DNA of 64,000 nucleotides from Planctomycetota bacterium (GTDB lineage Bacteria; Planctomycetota; UBA1135; JACQFD01): NCBI GenBank assembly GCA_016792805.1, contig JAEUHX010000058.1, positions 76,228 to 140,227 of the forward strand, read 5' to 3'. Shown piece by piece: positions 45,459 to 55,348 of this stretch (position 1 is its first letter; each line of letters starts with the position of its first letter). The notes under the pieces were generated by a model. It saw only the letters and a program-made list of their open reading frames with translations, ran no database searches and was not told where the DNA came from. The position numbers and the translations under genes were made by a program.

Positions 45459-46280
45459 ATGACAGGCATCCCCACAAATCCCAATCAACTGCTATGGGAG
45501 AAAGGTGATTTCACAAAAATCGCCGACACAATGCGCGAGAGCGGAGAGGCGCTCGTGGCGAGGATCGGCATCCGCCAAGGACACAAGATTCTCGACCTCG
45601 GCTGCGGCGACGGCACGACCGCGCTGCCCGCTGCCAAGCTCGGCGCTCAGGTGCTCGGCGTCGACATCGCGAGGAACTTGGTCGAAGCCGGGAATCGGCG
45701 CGCTGAGGAATTTGGGTTCATGAACTGTAAGTTTCAACAGGGCGACGCCACCGATCTGCGCCCGCTGGCCGATCGCTCCTTCGACATGGTCGTCAGCATG
45801 TTCGGCGCCATGTTCGCACCGAAGCCCGCTGACGTCGCCAAGGAGATGGTGCGCGTGACGCGCCCGGGAGGTCGCATCGTCATGGGGAACTGGATTCCCA
45901 ACGATCCCACTCTCGTGGCACAAATCCTGCGAATCAGCTCCGGCTACACTTCGCCTCCACCGCAGGGATTTGTGAGCCCGATGACCTGGGGCGTCGAGAG
46001 CAACGTGCTCGAACGATTCGCCGGTGCAGACATCCCAGCGGAGAACATTACCTTCGCTCGAGACACCTTCACATTCCGATTCGCCGGGACGCCGGAGGCC
46101 TTCGTCGACGTGTTCCGTAACTACTACGGACCGACGATGAATGCGTTCGAGGCCGCCGAGAAAAGCGGTCGCTCGGCCAACCTGCTAGCCGAGCTCCGGG
46201 CCCTCTTTGCCGCCGAGAACAAGAGTGCAGTCGGCACGGTCATTCCGGCGACGTTTCTTCGCGTCGAAGTGATCTGCTGA
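45459..46280 (+). CDS. Class I SAM-dependent methyltransferase
   Basis: ILDLGCGDGTTALPAAKLGAQVLGVDI, and DMVVSMFGAMF...RPGGRIVM. Confidence 0.85.
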   Translation: MTGIPTNPNQLLWEKGDFTKIADTMRESGEALVARIGIRQGHKILDLGCGDGTTALPAAKLGAQVLGVDIARNLVEAGNRRAEEFGFMNCKFQQGDATDLRPLADRSFDMVVSMFGAMFAPKPADVAKEMVRVTRPGGRIVMGNWIPNDPTLVAQILRISSGYTSPPPQGFVSPMTWGVESNVLERFAGADIPAENITFARDTFTFRFAGTPEAFVDVFRNYYGPTMNAFEAAEKSGRSANLLAELRALFAAENKSAVGTVIPATFLRVEVIC

Positions 46281-46337
46281 TCGCCGAGCGACGCAGACGA
46301 CTCGGCCCGCGAAACCACGACGGACGCAATGCCCGTC

Positions 46338-46829
46338 TTACTTTCGCTTGGGCTTTGGCACGTGCTGATCAAACAGAATGGGATTGCCGTCGGGATCGGC
46401 AATCATGAAGTGTGCAGGGCCCTCCGACTTCGGATCGGCCTCTGCCTGAAACTTGATCCCGCGCTCTTTCAGGATCTGTTGTAGCTCCCGGACGTCCTGG
46501 AAATCCTTCGGGGTCTCCCGATCGGAATTCCAGCCGGGGTTGAAGGTCATTGTATTTCTCTCGAACATGCCCTGGAAAAGGCCAATCTTCACATCTCCAT
46601 TCCGAAGCACGACCCAGTTCTGCTTGATGTTTCCCCCGACCTCCTTGAAATCGAGCTTCTCATAGAAGGCCTTCGAAGCCTTGATGTCTTTCACAGTAAG
46701 ACTGACGGAGAAGTTGCCAAGCTGCATAGGATTGCCTCGTGCGCTTTCTGCTGAGACCGTGTGAAGGGCGACGGGATAGGCCAATGCGGCAACGCCGCAG
46801 GCCATTGCGATGGAAGTAAAGGTGTTCAT
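46338..46829 (-). CDS. Secreted VOC (glyoxalase/bleomycin-resistance fold) protein
   Basis: ATG at 46829 (MNTFTSIAMACGVAALAYP). FSVSLTVKDIKASKAFYEKLDF...HFMIADPDGNPILFDQ. Confidence 0.8.
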   Translation of the reverse strand: MNTFTSIAMACGVAALAYPVALHTVSAESARGNPMQLGNFSVSLTVKDIKASKAFYEKLDFKEVGGNIKQNWVVLRNGDVKIGLFQGMFERNTMTFNPGWNSDRETPKDFQDVRELQQILKERGIKFQAEADPKSEGPAHFMIADPDGNPILFDQHVPKPKRK

Positions 46830-46921
46830 GGCGGTTCCTTGTGCGAACCCAAAGGGAGGTCGATTGGGGCGCAGGTGCGATGCTACCGTAGCGCACCCGG
46901 TCGAGCCCGGCTTGCCAGATC

Positions 46922-47848
46922 TTGCGAAACTTCCCAAACCCCAACGGCGACGCTCCCGACGACTACATCGAGCGGGTCCATCGGGCGATCGACTACGTCG
47001 TCGGCAACCTGACGGGCGACCTCAGCCTGGAGGCGGTCGCTCAGGCTGCCTGCTTCTCGCCCTTTCATTTTCATCGGGTGTTCAAATCTCTGATCGGAGA
47101 GACGCTGGGACAGTTCGTGAAGCGCCAGCGCCTCGAGCGCGCGCTCTACCTCATGTCTCACTCTCCGCGCCGCACGCTCACGGAGGTCGCATTGGATTGT
47201 GGATTCTCGTCGTCCTCCGATTTCTCGCGCAGCTTTAAGCAGTGGTTTGGCGTGCCGCCGAGCGCATTCGACGTGGGCGCATTTCGAAATATGCGGCGCG
47301 AAGAGTTCGACAAAGCACACATGGGTCCCGATGGCTCGCCGCGCTATCCACGGCTTCCTGCTGGCGAGAACCCCGACGGATTTGTGGTCACGCTGCGCGA
47401 TCTCCCGCCGCGGACGGTGGCATACGTTCGGGTGCTGAACCCCTTCCACTCATTCAACGCCGTCGTTGAAGCCTACGAATACCTCATGGCCTGGGCCATG
47501 AAACGCGGTGTCGCCGATCGGCAGTGGCTCGGATATATGTGGGAAGATCCCGAGATCGTTGCGCTCGAGAAGTGCCGATACGACGCCGCGGTGGAGGTCG
47601 ACGACGTCCAACCCGACGGCCGAATCGGCCGATACGACTTTCCCGCCATGCGCGTCGCAGAAGTAAGGATCGCGGGCGGCGTCGATCTCGAGACGCGCGC
47701 CCTCGACTGGATGTTCGGAACCTGGCTGCCGCGCAGCGGATATGTGCCCGACGAGCAGCCATCCTTCGAGGCGTGGATCGGCCGGCCGTTCGCTCACGGA
47801 ATGGAGCACTTCACCGTTGCGTGCCAACTCCCCGTGAAGCCCGCGTAG
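46922..47848 (+). CDS. AraC-family regulator with a GyrI-like effector domain
   Basis: FSPFHFHRVFKSLIGETLGQFVKRQRLERA...CGFSSSSDFSRSFKQWFGVPPSAF. The C-terminal domain is GyrI-like. The gene is divergent from the VOC gene. Confidence 0.85.
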   Translation: MRNFPNPNGDAPDDYIERVHRAIDYVVGNLTGDLSLEAVAQAACFSPFHFHRVFKSLIGETLGQFVKRQRLERALYLMSHSPRRTLTEVALDCGFSSSSDFSRSFKQWFGVPPSAFDVGAFRNMRREEFDKAHMGPDGSPRYPRLPAGENPDGFVVTLRDLPPRTVAYVRVLNPFHSFNAVVEAYEYLMAWAMKRGVADRQWLGYMWEDPEIVALEKCRYDAAVEVDDVQPDGRIGRYDFPAMRVAEVRIAGGVDLETRALDWMFGTWLPRSGYVPDEQPSFEAWIGRPFAHGMEHFTVACQLPVKPA

Positions 47849-47880
47849 AGCAACGATCGAAGCTGACCGGGCGCGTTGGG

Positions 47881-48324
47881 TCAGACTCGGAAGTTGACGC
47901 CGTGCCGATCGGCGATTTGAAGCAGCTTTGGAACGTCGGGGGGTCCGGGAGGAAGCTCGCGGTCCAGCGCGGTAAAGAAAGGAATCGAGTCGCTGCCGGT
48001 ACCTGTGATTTCCAACATTTCCCCGCCGCCCTTTCCGAATTGAAACGCGTGAACGACGCCGCCGGGGACATATACGAGCGAACCAACACCACACATGATG
48101 GTCTGTCCGCCGCAGGAGAAGTGCACCTCACCCCGAGTGACGTAGAACGACTCATCCCAGCCGTGGCAATGGGGGGGCGGGCCAGAGCCCTCCGCGCCGG
48201 CCTGTATCGTGAGTCGCTGGCTCTTCGATTCCGCGGCCGAGATGAGAACCGTCACGTCAATCCCAACGACGCTGAGAGGAGCCTTTCGCTCGCTCGGCGT
48301 CACGACAACCGGCTTCTGGGTCAT
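47881..48324 (-). CDS. Cupin domain protein
   Basis: ATG at 48324 (MTQKPVVV). PPHCHGWDESFYVTRGEVHF...VYVPGGVVHAF. Confidence 0.8.
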   Translation of the reverse strand: MTQKPVVVTPSERKAPLSVVGIDVTVLISAAESKSQRLTIQAGAEGSGPPPHCHGWDESFYVTRGEVHFSCGGQTIMCGVGSLVYVPGGVVHAFQFGKGGGEMLEITGTGSDSIPFFTALDRELPPGPPDVPKLLQIADRHGVNFRV

Positions 48325-48424
48325 GGCGCAACAGTGTAGCGCCCGCATCGCCCGCCGAAAGACGGCTCGTTCGCCCACGCCGCGGACCGCGCTCTATGCT
48401 GGGGAGCCTCACAAGCCCCCGCCC

Positions 48425-50842
48425 ATGCGCTGGATCCTCCCGCTCCTGCTCGCTGCCATCGCTCGATCGGCCGCTGCCCAAAGCCACAACATGATGGCGA
48501 ATGGAGGTGCCTTCTCGGGCGCGCTCGGCGCTCCCGGAGAAGTGGATTCCTGGTACTTCCAGGGATTAGCGGGCGCGAACCTCAATTTTTCAGTGCAACG
48601 CAACGGCAAGAACAGTGCGCTCTTTTCCATCGAGCTGCAGAACCTCGCCGCCGGTTCTGCCATCGCACCGAGCAGCGCATGGTCGGGGAACGGCTCGGCT
48701 GCGGCCAAGATCGCCAAGCTCACGCTGCCCACGACGGGGCTTTATCGAGTTCGAATCGCCGGAGCCGGAGGCTCGACCGGAAGCTACAAAGGCAAGATCA
48801 CTTTCACCACTCCGTCGAGTGCGCTGAAGGTCAACACCACTGTGGCGCTCGCTTCGGGTGCGACAGCCTCGATCCCGCTCTCCGCTCTCGAGGGCGCGAC
48901 CGTCTCCGGATCGATTCTCCGCACCAAAGGCTCCGCAGCGCTTCCCGCTCCTCTCGACTTGGAGACGTCCGCGGGGGCTGTGTCGCTTGCGCCCTTTTCA
49001 AAATCCGTATCCGGAGGATTCAAGCTCACACAAGTGCCTGTCGCCGCGCTCGGGCCCGCGAGTCTGCGCATTCGCAATGACGGCGCCGCGGGCTCGATCC
49101 AGGTCGCTCTTTCATTGAAACTCAAGAAAGCGCCTGGTGGCACTCTGGTTGAGGGAAGCGGCACCGCGTTTCCTGGTTTCTTGCAGGTGAAGTCTGCGCC
49201 GCCGCCGACATCACCGATCAATGCCGATGCAATCACCTTGGAAGTGCTCGCCGAGGAGTTCTCCGAGGTGCACTCCGTCGCGCCGGCCGGAGTCGTCGGC
49301 GTTCGGAGCGGCGCATCCTTCTTTTTGTATCGAATCCCCTTGACCCCGGGGCCGAATGTTCTCGAGCTTTCCGGAAGTGGCCCCGCAGGATCGGTCACGC
49401 GAAAGCTATCGATTCAGAATTCCCTGCAGCCCAAGCGCGCAGTCGCCCTCACGCCCGCGCCCGCCCTTGGTTACCAACTCCCCTTCTCGACGAATCTCGC
49501 GATCACGCTCTCCCCGCAGACGGCGGCCGCCGTGGCGGCACATATCGACCTCGACGGAGATGGGCTGATCGATGAGACACGCGCATTCGCCAGTCTGATT
49601 CCTGTCACCTTCACACAGATGGGAAGCTACAAACCGCGCGTGACCATCGAGACTCCGGAGGGATGGCTCTTCACCAATGAGCCGGCCGCGACGGAAGCGA
49701 TCAAGATTCTGAGTGCTCCGACGGCCAGCGGGGCGGGTGGCTTCGCCGCTGCGGGAACGGACGTTCGCGACCTCGAGGCCGACGGCGGCTCGGGCGAGCG
49801 GTTTGCGCTGACCGCCTCAGGCGTTCTGCGATTTGAAGCCTCCGGCACGCTTCTTCAGACGATTCCCCTTGTGGGCTCCGCCGCGAGCGGCCTCGCTCTC
49901 GACCTGGAAGGGAATCTTTATGTCTCCGATTCCGCAGCGAACCACGTGACGCGCTACCGCCGGCAATCGGGATACTCGCTCGACCTTACCTTTGCCCAGT
50001 CGGGCTACCTGAGCGAAGGGATCGAGGCTCCGCGGGATGTTGCTACAGTTCGCTCGAACGCCGACGGCAAGACTCATATACTCGTGGCTGATGGTGCCCA
50101 TCAGCGCGTTGCACAGTTCGCACTCGACGGCACGCTGGAGCTGGAAGTGAAAGCGGGGCCCGGCCAGCCGCCCCTCCTTCCACTTTCAGTGCAGGGACGC
50201 CCGGGTGGCGGCGCCGCCATCCTCGACGGCAGCGTCCCGAGGCTGCTCCTCGTCGACAGCGACGGAAAGCCGACCAGCTCGACGCCGCTCGTGGGCTCTC
50301 CATCTATCATCGGCATGCTCACGCGCGATTCCGCGAGCGGCGATTTGCTCCTCGGAATACCACAATTCGGAGCCGTATCACGATTCCGCAAAAACGGCAC
50401 GCTGCGCACAACGATACCACTCGGCGCAGTCGCACCGATCGCGGCGCTGCTCGAGGAGTCGCCGATCGGGGAGCCGGAGGCGCTGGCGGCGCTCGCAGGC
50501 TCCGGGCTGCAGCGCTATCCGCTGCCGACGGACGCCCCGACGGAGCAGCCTGCACAAGTCGTCGCGCTATTGCGCTCGGCTTTGGCGGCCGGAGACTGGA
50601 ACGCCGTCGCGACGCGCACGACACCACAACTCCACAGCGCTCTTCTCGCAGCATCGCAGGCCCCGCAAGGGCTCGCGTCACTTCTCGACACACTCGCGAC
50701 GCTCGGCCCCGGACAGATCACTCATCTTCGGGAGCCGTCCTGCCGCGTGCAGCTTTCGCCGACGGTGCTCGGCCAGCTGCCTATGACCCTCCAGCTGCTC
50801 CGAGACCCTGCCTCGGGGCGCTGGCACGTGACGAGCTTTTGA
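48425..50842 (+). CDS. Secreted protein with an N-terminal PPC-like domain, Ig-like segments and NHL/beta-propeller-like repeats
   Basis: ATG at 48425 (MRWILPLLLAAIARSAAAQ). GEVDSWYFQGLAGANLNF...GLYRVRIAG (PPC-like). LYVSDSAANHVTRY and ILVADGAHQRVAQF (NHL-like). Confidence 0.8.
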   Translation: MRWILPLLLAAIARSAAAQSHNMMANGGAFSGALGAPGEVDSWYFQGLAGANLNFSVQRNGKNSALFSIELQNLAAGSAIAPSSAWSGNGSAAAKIAKLTLPTTGLYRVRIAGAGGSTGSYKGKITFTTPSSALKVNTTVALASGATASIPLSALEGATVSGSILRTKGSAALPAPLDLETSAGAVSLAPFSKSVSGGFKLTQVPVAALGPASLRIRNDGAAGSIQVALSLKLKKAPGGTLVEGSGTAFPGFLQVKSAPPPTSPINADAITLEVLAEEFSEVHSVAPAGVVGVRSGASFFLYRIPLTPGPNVLELSGSGPAGSVTRKLSIQNSLQPKRAVALTPAPALGYQLPFSTNLAITLSPQTAAAVAAHIDLDGDGLIDETRAFASLIPVTFTQMGSYKPRVTIETPEGWLFTNEPAATEAIKILSAPTASGAGGFAAAGTDVRDLEADGGSGERFALTASGVLRFEASGTLLQTIPLVGSAASGLALDLEGNLYVSDSAANHVTRYRRQSGYSLDLTFAQSGYLSEGIEAPRDVATVRSNADGKTHILVADGAHQRVAQFALDGTLELEVKAGPGQPPLLPLSVQGRPGGGAAILDGSVPRLLLVDSDGKPTSSTPLVGSPSIIGMLTRDSASGDLLLGIPQFGAVSRFRKNGTLRTTIPLGAVAPIAALLEESPIGEPEALAALAGSGLQRYPLPTDAPTEQPAQVVALLRSALAAGDWNAVATRTTPQLHSALLAASQAPQGLASLLDTLATLGPGQITHLREPSCRVQLSPTVLGQLPMTLQLLRDPASGRWHVTSF

Positions 50843-50862
50843 GCATCAGGAATCCAGCCGCC

Positions 50863-53487
50863 ATGCGCCCCATTCTCGGATACATCGCCGCCCTCGGAGC
50901 GAGCACCGTTGCCCTCGCGAGCACCGCCGCTTCTCCGAGGCGATATTGGCAGAATACTCATCAGCGATTCACAGAAGAGGCGCTCTTCCGATCGGCAGGG
51001 TTCCGACAATTCACAGAAGATGTAGATTTCAATCGTCACCCGCTCGTCGGTGAGCAAGTGATCCAGGCGAACCTCGTGGACGGCGTGGAGATCGGAGCGC
51101 CGCAGTCTGCCGAGGCATCGATCCTGGCGGGCGCCGTGCTCGAAGACGGCGTTTCGCTGGAGGACGTGCAGTGGAATACTGCAGTCCGAACGCCGCGCCA
51201 TTTCCAAGATGCCGCCGGCAACGGGCTCTTCTCGCTCTCGAGCGCGTCCGACTGGGGCGCATCGAATGAGGGTCTTCTTCCCAATCACCACTCATGGACC
51301 CGCGCCTTCGAGTTCCTCGAGCAGTTCATGATGGGGCCCGATGAGTACTTGCAGTCGCTGGCGCTCGAGGAGGCGCTCGTTTGCCTCGGCTGTAATCTTC
51401 ATCTATTGCAAGACCAGTTCCAGCCGTCCCATACGCGCCGCGATCCGCACATGGGGCACGACCTTCCCGCAAATGGGCTCGGCTCCGGAGTGAGCGAACT
51501 CGAGGGCTACGCGGCGCGGGTGCTCACACCCACGTCGAGCTACGCAATCGGTCCGGTCTCTATTCCCGCGTTCACGCAGAGAGATCAATACTTCACGAGC
51601 GCCGTCCAGTGGACCAGCTCGCGATTCCTGAGTGATGACACGATCGCAGACGCCGTTGCGCTGTCGCCAGCGTTCCCCCACCCGGTCGTGCCCACCGACT
51701 TGACGATCACTCCCGAGTTCGCCTGCGGACCAAGCAGCGCTGAACTTACTGATTTCTTTCGCCACAACACACTGCAGAGTATGGGCGGCGGCGGAGCCTA
51801 CATGGCCCGTAGGAAGTTCGAGAAGGAGTGTTCCCCGATTGTAGGCCCCGGAGGGACGGTTGTTTCCTTTTTCTGTAATGATGTTCCCAAGTACACTCTT
51901 CTCGATGAGCCGTGCGGGGTCTCGGAGGAGAGGATCCTGCGCGACCATTTAGCGCAGCTCGCGCCCCAGGCCGTCGGCTACTCCGCAGGCCTTCTCGATT
52001 TCTTCTTCCGCGGTCGGCTTGAACTCCAACGGCTGCCCGGCGGAGATCTCGAGATCAAGAATGTGAGCCAGCTCGCGTCGACCGGCGAGCCGCTCGCACT
52101 CTCGGCGGGCGCGGAGGGCTCGGGAGAATTCTTGATCTGCTATGAGAGGCCCGACGGCGCGCGCGCGCCCATTCCCGGGATCTCCCCCGTGCCACTCCAG
52201 CCCGGTGGCCTGGCCTTCGGCGCGGCGCAAGTGGTGCCCGGCGTGGCCGGCAAGCTCCCCGACGACGCCTGGAATCCAGGAGGTGCTCGGATTTATGTCA
52301 TGTTTCACGATGGCAACGTCGGTGGAGATGTGGGCTTCGCTCTGCGCTGGACCTCCTTTGAATTGTGCTCGAGCCTCTGCCTGCCGCAGACGGCTCTCGT
52401 GGTCCGCCCGGCCGGAGATGTGAACGGAGATGGCAATGATGACTTCCTGGTGCGCACGCCGCAGGATCCGGGGTCGAGCCCGCCGGGGCTCGCCTCCCTA
52501 ACGGCGTACTCCGGAGGCGCGTGCGAGCCGCTGTGGAAAGTGTATGGCTCCAAGCCGCTCGACGGCTTCGGCGACGAAGCCCTCCCTGTCGGCGATCTCA
52601 GCGGCGCGGGCGCCGGCGATCTCGTGTGCAAGAGCCGTCTGGTTCAACTGCCCCCGGTGACCGGTCAGCCGCCGAAGTTTGAGTTCTACTATTCCCGCCT
52701 GTCGGGAACGAACGGGGCATCGCTCGGAGAGTTCTCGGTGGCCTCCTTTGGGAAGTCGGTCGCCGTGGGCGACGTCAACGGCGACGGCGTGGGCGATTTC
52801 GTGATCCAAGGCACCTATTCGGGAGTGCCCAGCGTTCCGCCGAAAATGATCTGTTACAGCGGCAAGACGGGACTCGTATTGAAAGTCCTGGGCGACGTCG
52901 AATCGAGCGCAAAAATGAGCGCTGCCTCCGATTGGAGCGGTGATGGCGCGTTGGATCTCCTCGTCGAGAAGACGGACGGGTCCTTCCGGATTCTCTCGAC
53001 GGCGAACGGGGCCGTGCTCGCCTCGAAACAATTCTCGAACGGGTTCGAGCTCTCCAATACGTTCACCGATGTGGTGGGGCTCTCCGACATGAATGAGGAC
53101 AATATTCCTGACTTCGTGGCGCGAAACGGAAAGGGCGACCTCGCGGTGATCTCCGGGAAGAACAATGGGATCTGGCTGCAGGAGCTGGCGTCGGTCAGCC
53201 AGGTCGCGCCTGCGGGTGATTTCAACGGCGATGGAAAGCCGGACTTCACGACGAGGAAGTTCGTGCCTCCTCCGACGCAAGGAAACCCTCCGAGCTACAT
53301 GCTCTCCGTTCGTGCAGCGTACGATGGCCAGTGGTTTCATGCGTTCACACAATTCGAAACTGTAGCATCTCTTCCACTCCCGCTCGGAGATCTCAATTCC
53401 GACGGGCGCACCGACCTCGGATACGTCGAGTACAGCCCGAGCCTGCAGCTCACCTGCGTTCACCTCGTGTACGGACGCACTCCATAG
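50863..53487 (+). CDS. Fusion of a zinc-dependent phospholipase C/S1-P1 nuclease-like domain with FG-GAP/VCBS repeats
   Basis: YWQNTHQRFTEEAL (Trp and His ligands at the mature N-terminus). HLLQDQFQPSH at 51400-51432 matches the PLC zinc motif H-x3-D-x3-P-x-H. C-terminal repeats: GDVNGDGNDDFLV, GDVNGDGVGDFVI, SDWSGDGALDLLV, GDFNGDGKPDFTT, GDLNSDGRTDLGY. The track start 50839 (TTG) is an alternative. Confidence 0.8.
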   Translation: MRPILGYIAALGASTVALASTAASPRRYWQNTHQRFTEEALFRSAGFRQFTEDVDFNRHPLVGEQVIQANLVDGVEIGAPQSAEASILAGAVLEDGVSLEDVQWNTAVRTPRHFQDAAGNGLFSLSSASDWGASNEGLLPNHHSWTRAFEFLEQFMMGPDEYLQSLALEEALVCLGCNLHLLQDQFQPSHTRRDPHMGHDLPANGLGSGVSELEGYAARVLTPTSSYAIGPVSIPAFTQRDQYFTSAVQWTSSRFLSDDTIADAVALSPAFPHPVVPTDLTITPEFACGPSSAELTDFFRHNTLQSMGGGGAYMARRKFEKECSPIVGPGGTVVSFFCNDVPKYTLLDEPCGVSEERILRDHLAQLAPQAVGYSAGLLDFFFRGRLELQRLPGGDLEIKNVSQLASTGEPLALSAGAEGSGEFLICYERPDGARAPIPGISPVPLQPGGLAFGAAQVVPGVAGKLPDDAWNPGGARIYVMFHDGNVGGDVGFALRWTSFELCSSLCLPQTALVVRPAGDVNGDGNDDFLVRTPQDPGSSPPGLASLTAYSGGACEPLWKVYGSKPLDGFGDEALPVGDLSGAGAGDLVCKSRLVQLPPVTGQPPKFEFYYSRLSGTNGASLGEFSVASFGKSVAVGDVNGDGVGDFVIQGTYSGVPSVPPKMICYSGKTGLVLKVLGDVESSAKMSAASDWSGDGALDLLVEKTDGSFRILSTANGAVLASKQFSNGFELSNTFTDVVGLSDMNEDNIPDFVARNGKGDLAVISGKNNGIWLQELASVSQVAPAGDFNGDGKPDFTTRKFVPPPTQGNPPSYMLSVRAAYDGQWFHAFTQFETVASLPLPLGDLNSDGRTDLGYVEYSPSLQLTCVHLVYGRTP

Positions 53488-53619
53488 CGGCCCGCGGCAG
53501 GCGAGCGAAGGAAGCCCATACACTAGCGCAGGGCGGCCGTGAGCGTCGTTCCATGCGATCGAGCCAGTTGTGGCATATTGCCCTACGCCATCCAATGCAA
53601 CTCTACGATCAGGTAGCAG

Positions 53620-54310
53620 ATTTGCATGCGTGCTTCCCAGGTTCCTCCAAGCGCGCCTCATCATCCTCGACGAGCCTCAGCACGCGCCCGACTTCGCGGG
53701 CTACCTTCAAGCCGAGATCGACCGTCGCCGCCATACTCAATTTACTGCCGCTGAGCCTCGCGGAGCAACAGATCATTCTCCGAGATGCCAACGAAGTGGA
53801 CCAGTGGCTTCTGCGCGACAGCTACCCGGAGCCGGCGTCCCGCCCTGAACTCTAGCCACACTTGTGGGCGTCATCCTATCTTCGAACTGACGTCGATCGA
53901 GATGTTCGATGTATTGTAAATGTTGAGAACCTTTCAATCTTCGATCGACTCCTCCGCCTCGCCGAAGCACGGTCCGGAGGCTCGCCCAAGCTTTGCTTCA
54001 GTGATTCGACATTGATCTGCCTTCTTTGTAGTACTCGGAATGCCGAAGCTCCCTCGATCCATCCCCTAGGACGACTTAGTCACTAATTTCGAACACTCCA
54101 CCCCATTTGGGCACAGATGGAGTGCCCGAAATTAGTGACACAGTCGTGCTAGGAGGTCATCTATTCGAGACCGCAGTCGTCATAGATGTGCTCAAGGCTC
54201 GCTCCGTAATTCCCGCCGCACCGGCGCTTCACTTCTTCCGAACTGCTCAGGACCTCAAGGCCGATGTGCGCGTCGACCCAGGTGATGCCGATTCACTCGA
54301 TCCGCCCTGA
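53620..54310 (+). pseudogene. Degraded DUF4143-type AAA+ ATPase gene (5'-truncated, with an internal deletion and several frameshifts)
   Basis: Family-typical pieces lie in three different frames. They are ARLIILDEPQHAPDF (Walker B), ILNLLPLSLAEQQ, WASSYLRTDVDRDVRCIVNVENLSIFDRLLRLAEARSGG, and GGHLFETAVVIDVLKA...LHFFRT...ADVRV. Confidence 0.65.
54079..54139. repeat. 61-nt palindrome inside the ATPase pseudogene
   Basis: gtcactaatttcg (54079-54091) pairs with cgaaattagtgac (54127-54139), 13 bp perfect. An inner stem cactcca/tggagtg adds 7 bp. The palindrome sits at the frame break between ORFs 53862..54086 and 54107..54310. Confidence 0.75.
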
Positions 54311-54319
54311 GCTCTTCTC

Positions 54320-55348
54320 TTAGCGATTTGGGGCGACGGCAAGGGAGCGACGAACGCGCTCCCAGCGGGCCCTTGCGTCGTCGGGAAGATAATTGCGCTT
54401 CTCCTCGAGGAGATCCTGCAGGCGGCGAAGCGGCGCAGCGGCGGCGCTCGCCAGGCAGCGCTCGGCGAGCGCGACCGCGGGAACCGTCCAGTACCATGAA
54501 TTGGGGTGCTCGCTCCGGTATCGCACGAGCCTCGTGAGTGCCTCGTCGACGGGCGCCGATTCGCACAGATCCCGAAGGATCGCGGCCTCCTCACGGCCCG
54601 CGCTTGCGGCGCGCGCCCACGCCCGCCGCGAAGCCTCTTGGCTTGCCGCCTCTAGATCGGCCTCCGCCACCCCGAAACTGGCCGCGGCCAACGCGGTCGG
54701 CGTCTGAGAGCGGATCCACTCCCGCGCGAGAACCGATGCTGACTTCTGTAATCTCTCCGCAGCGCCGAGGACTCTCAAGAAACCCTCGAGATGCGGGTCC
54801 GATGCCGCCGAAGGCTTCGCACCCAGCGACGACGCCAGCGCTCGAGCAAGGAGCACGGGCCCTTCGCCGGTCAAGGTCACCACAATTCCTTCCTGGATCC
54901 ACGTCGGCGCGCGCTCCGCCCCTGAGCCGGCCGCTTCTCGATGCAACACATGAATCAGCTCGTGGCGAAGCGTCTCGTCGATCTCGTCGGCGTCGCGCGC
55001 CAGAAGTGAAGGGAACACAATCACTCGGTGAGCTGCAATGCTGCCTCCGCGATCGGTCACGCAGGCTGCGGCGCCTCGCGCGCCAAGTGGCGGCCGCCGC
55101 AGCTCGACGGACCATTGGATAGTTCCCCAGGCGACGCCGCACATGTTTGAGGCTGCCGCGGCCGCGCGGTCGACGCGGTGCGGCATCGATTCGATCACTT
55201 CTCGTCGAACCTCCTCTGCCGCCTGCGGATCGACGGCCCCGATCCAACGCGAGCCGGCCGAACGGCTCTCCGTTTGCGTGGCAGCGCCCAAGGCAAGCGC
55301 AGCCGCGAGGATCAACGCGGAGGTGTTTCCCACGCAGTATCTCGCCAA
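54320..55348 (-). CDS. Putative HExxH zinc metalloprotease-like protein with a helical C-terminal domain
   Basis: RHELIHVLHREAAGSGAERAPTWIQEG (gluzincin-like HExxH...E). The start is uncertain: TTG at 55348 or GTG at 55333, both just before the signal-like segment NTSALILAAALALGAA. The track start 55486 would overlap the upstream gene by 175 nt. Confidence 0.65.
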   Translation of the reverse strand: MARYCVGNTSALILAAALALGAATQTESRSAGSRWIGAVDPQAAEEVRREVIESMPHRVDRAAAAASNMCGVAWGTIQWSVELRRPPLGARGAAACVTDRGGSIAAHRVIVFPSLLARDADEIDETLRHELIHVLHREAAGSGAERAPTWIQEGIVVTLTGEGPVLLARALASSLGAKPSAASDPHLEGFLRVLGAAERLQKSASVLAREWIRSQTPTALAAASFGVAEADLEAASQEASRRAWARAASAGREEAAILRDLCESAPVDEALTRLVRYRSEHPNSWYWTVPAVALAERCLASAAAAPLRRLQDLLEEKRNYLPDDARARWERVRRSLAVAPNR

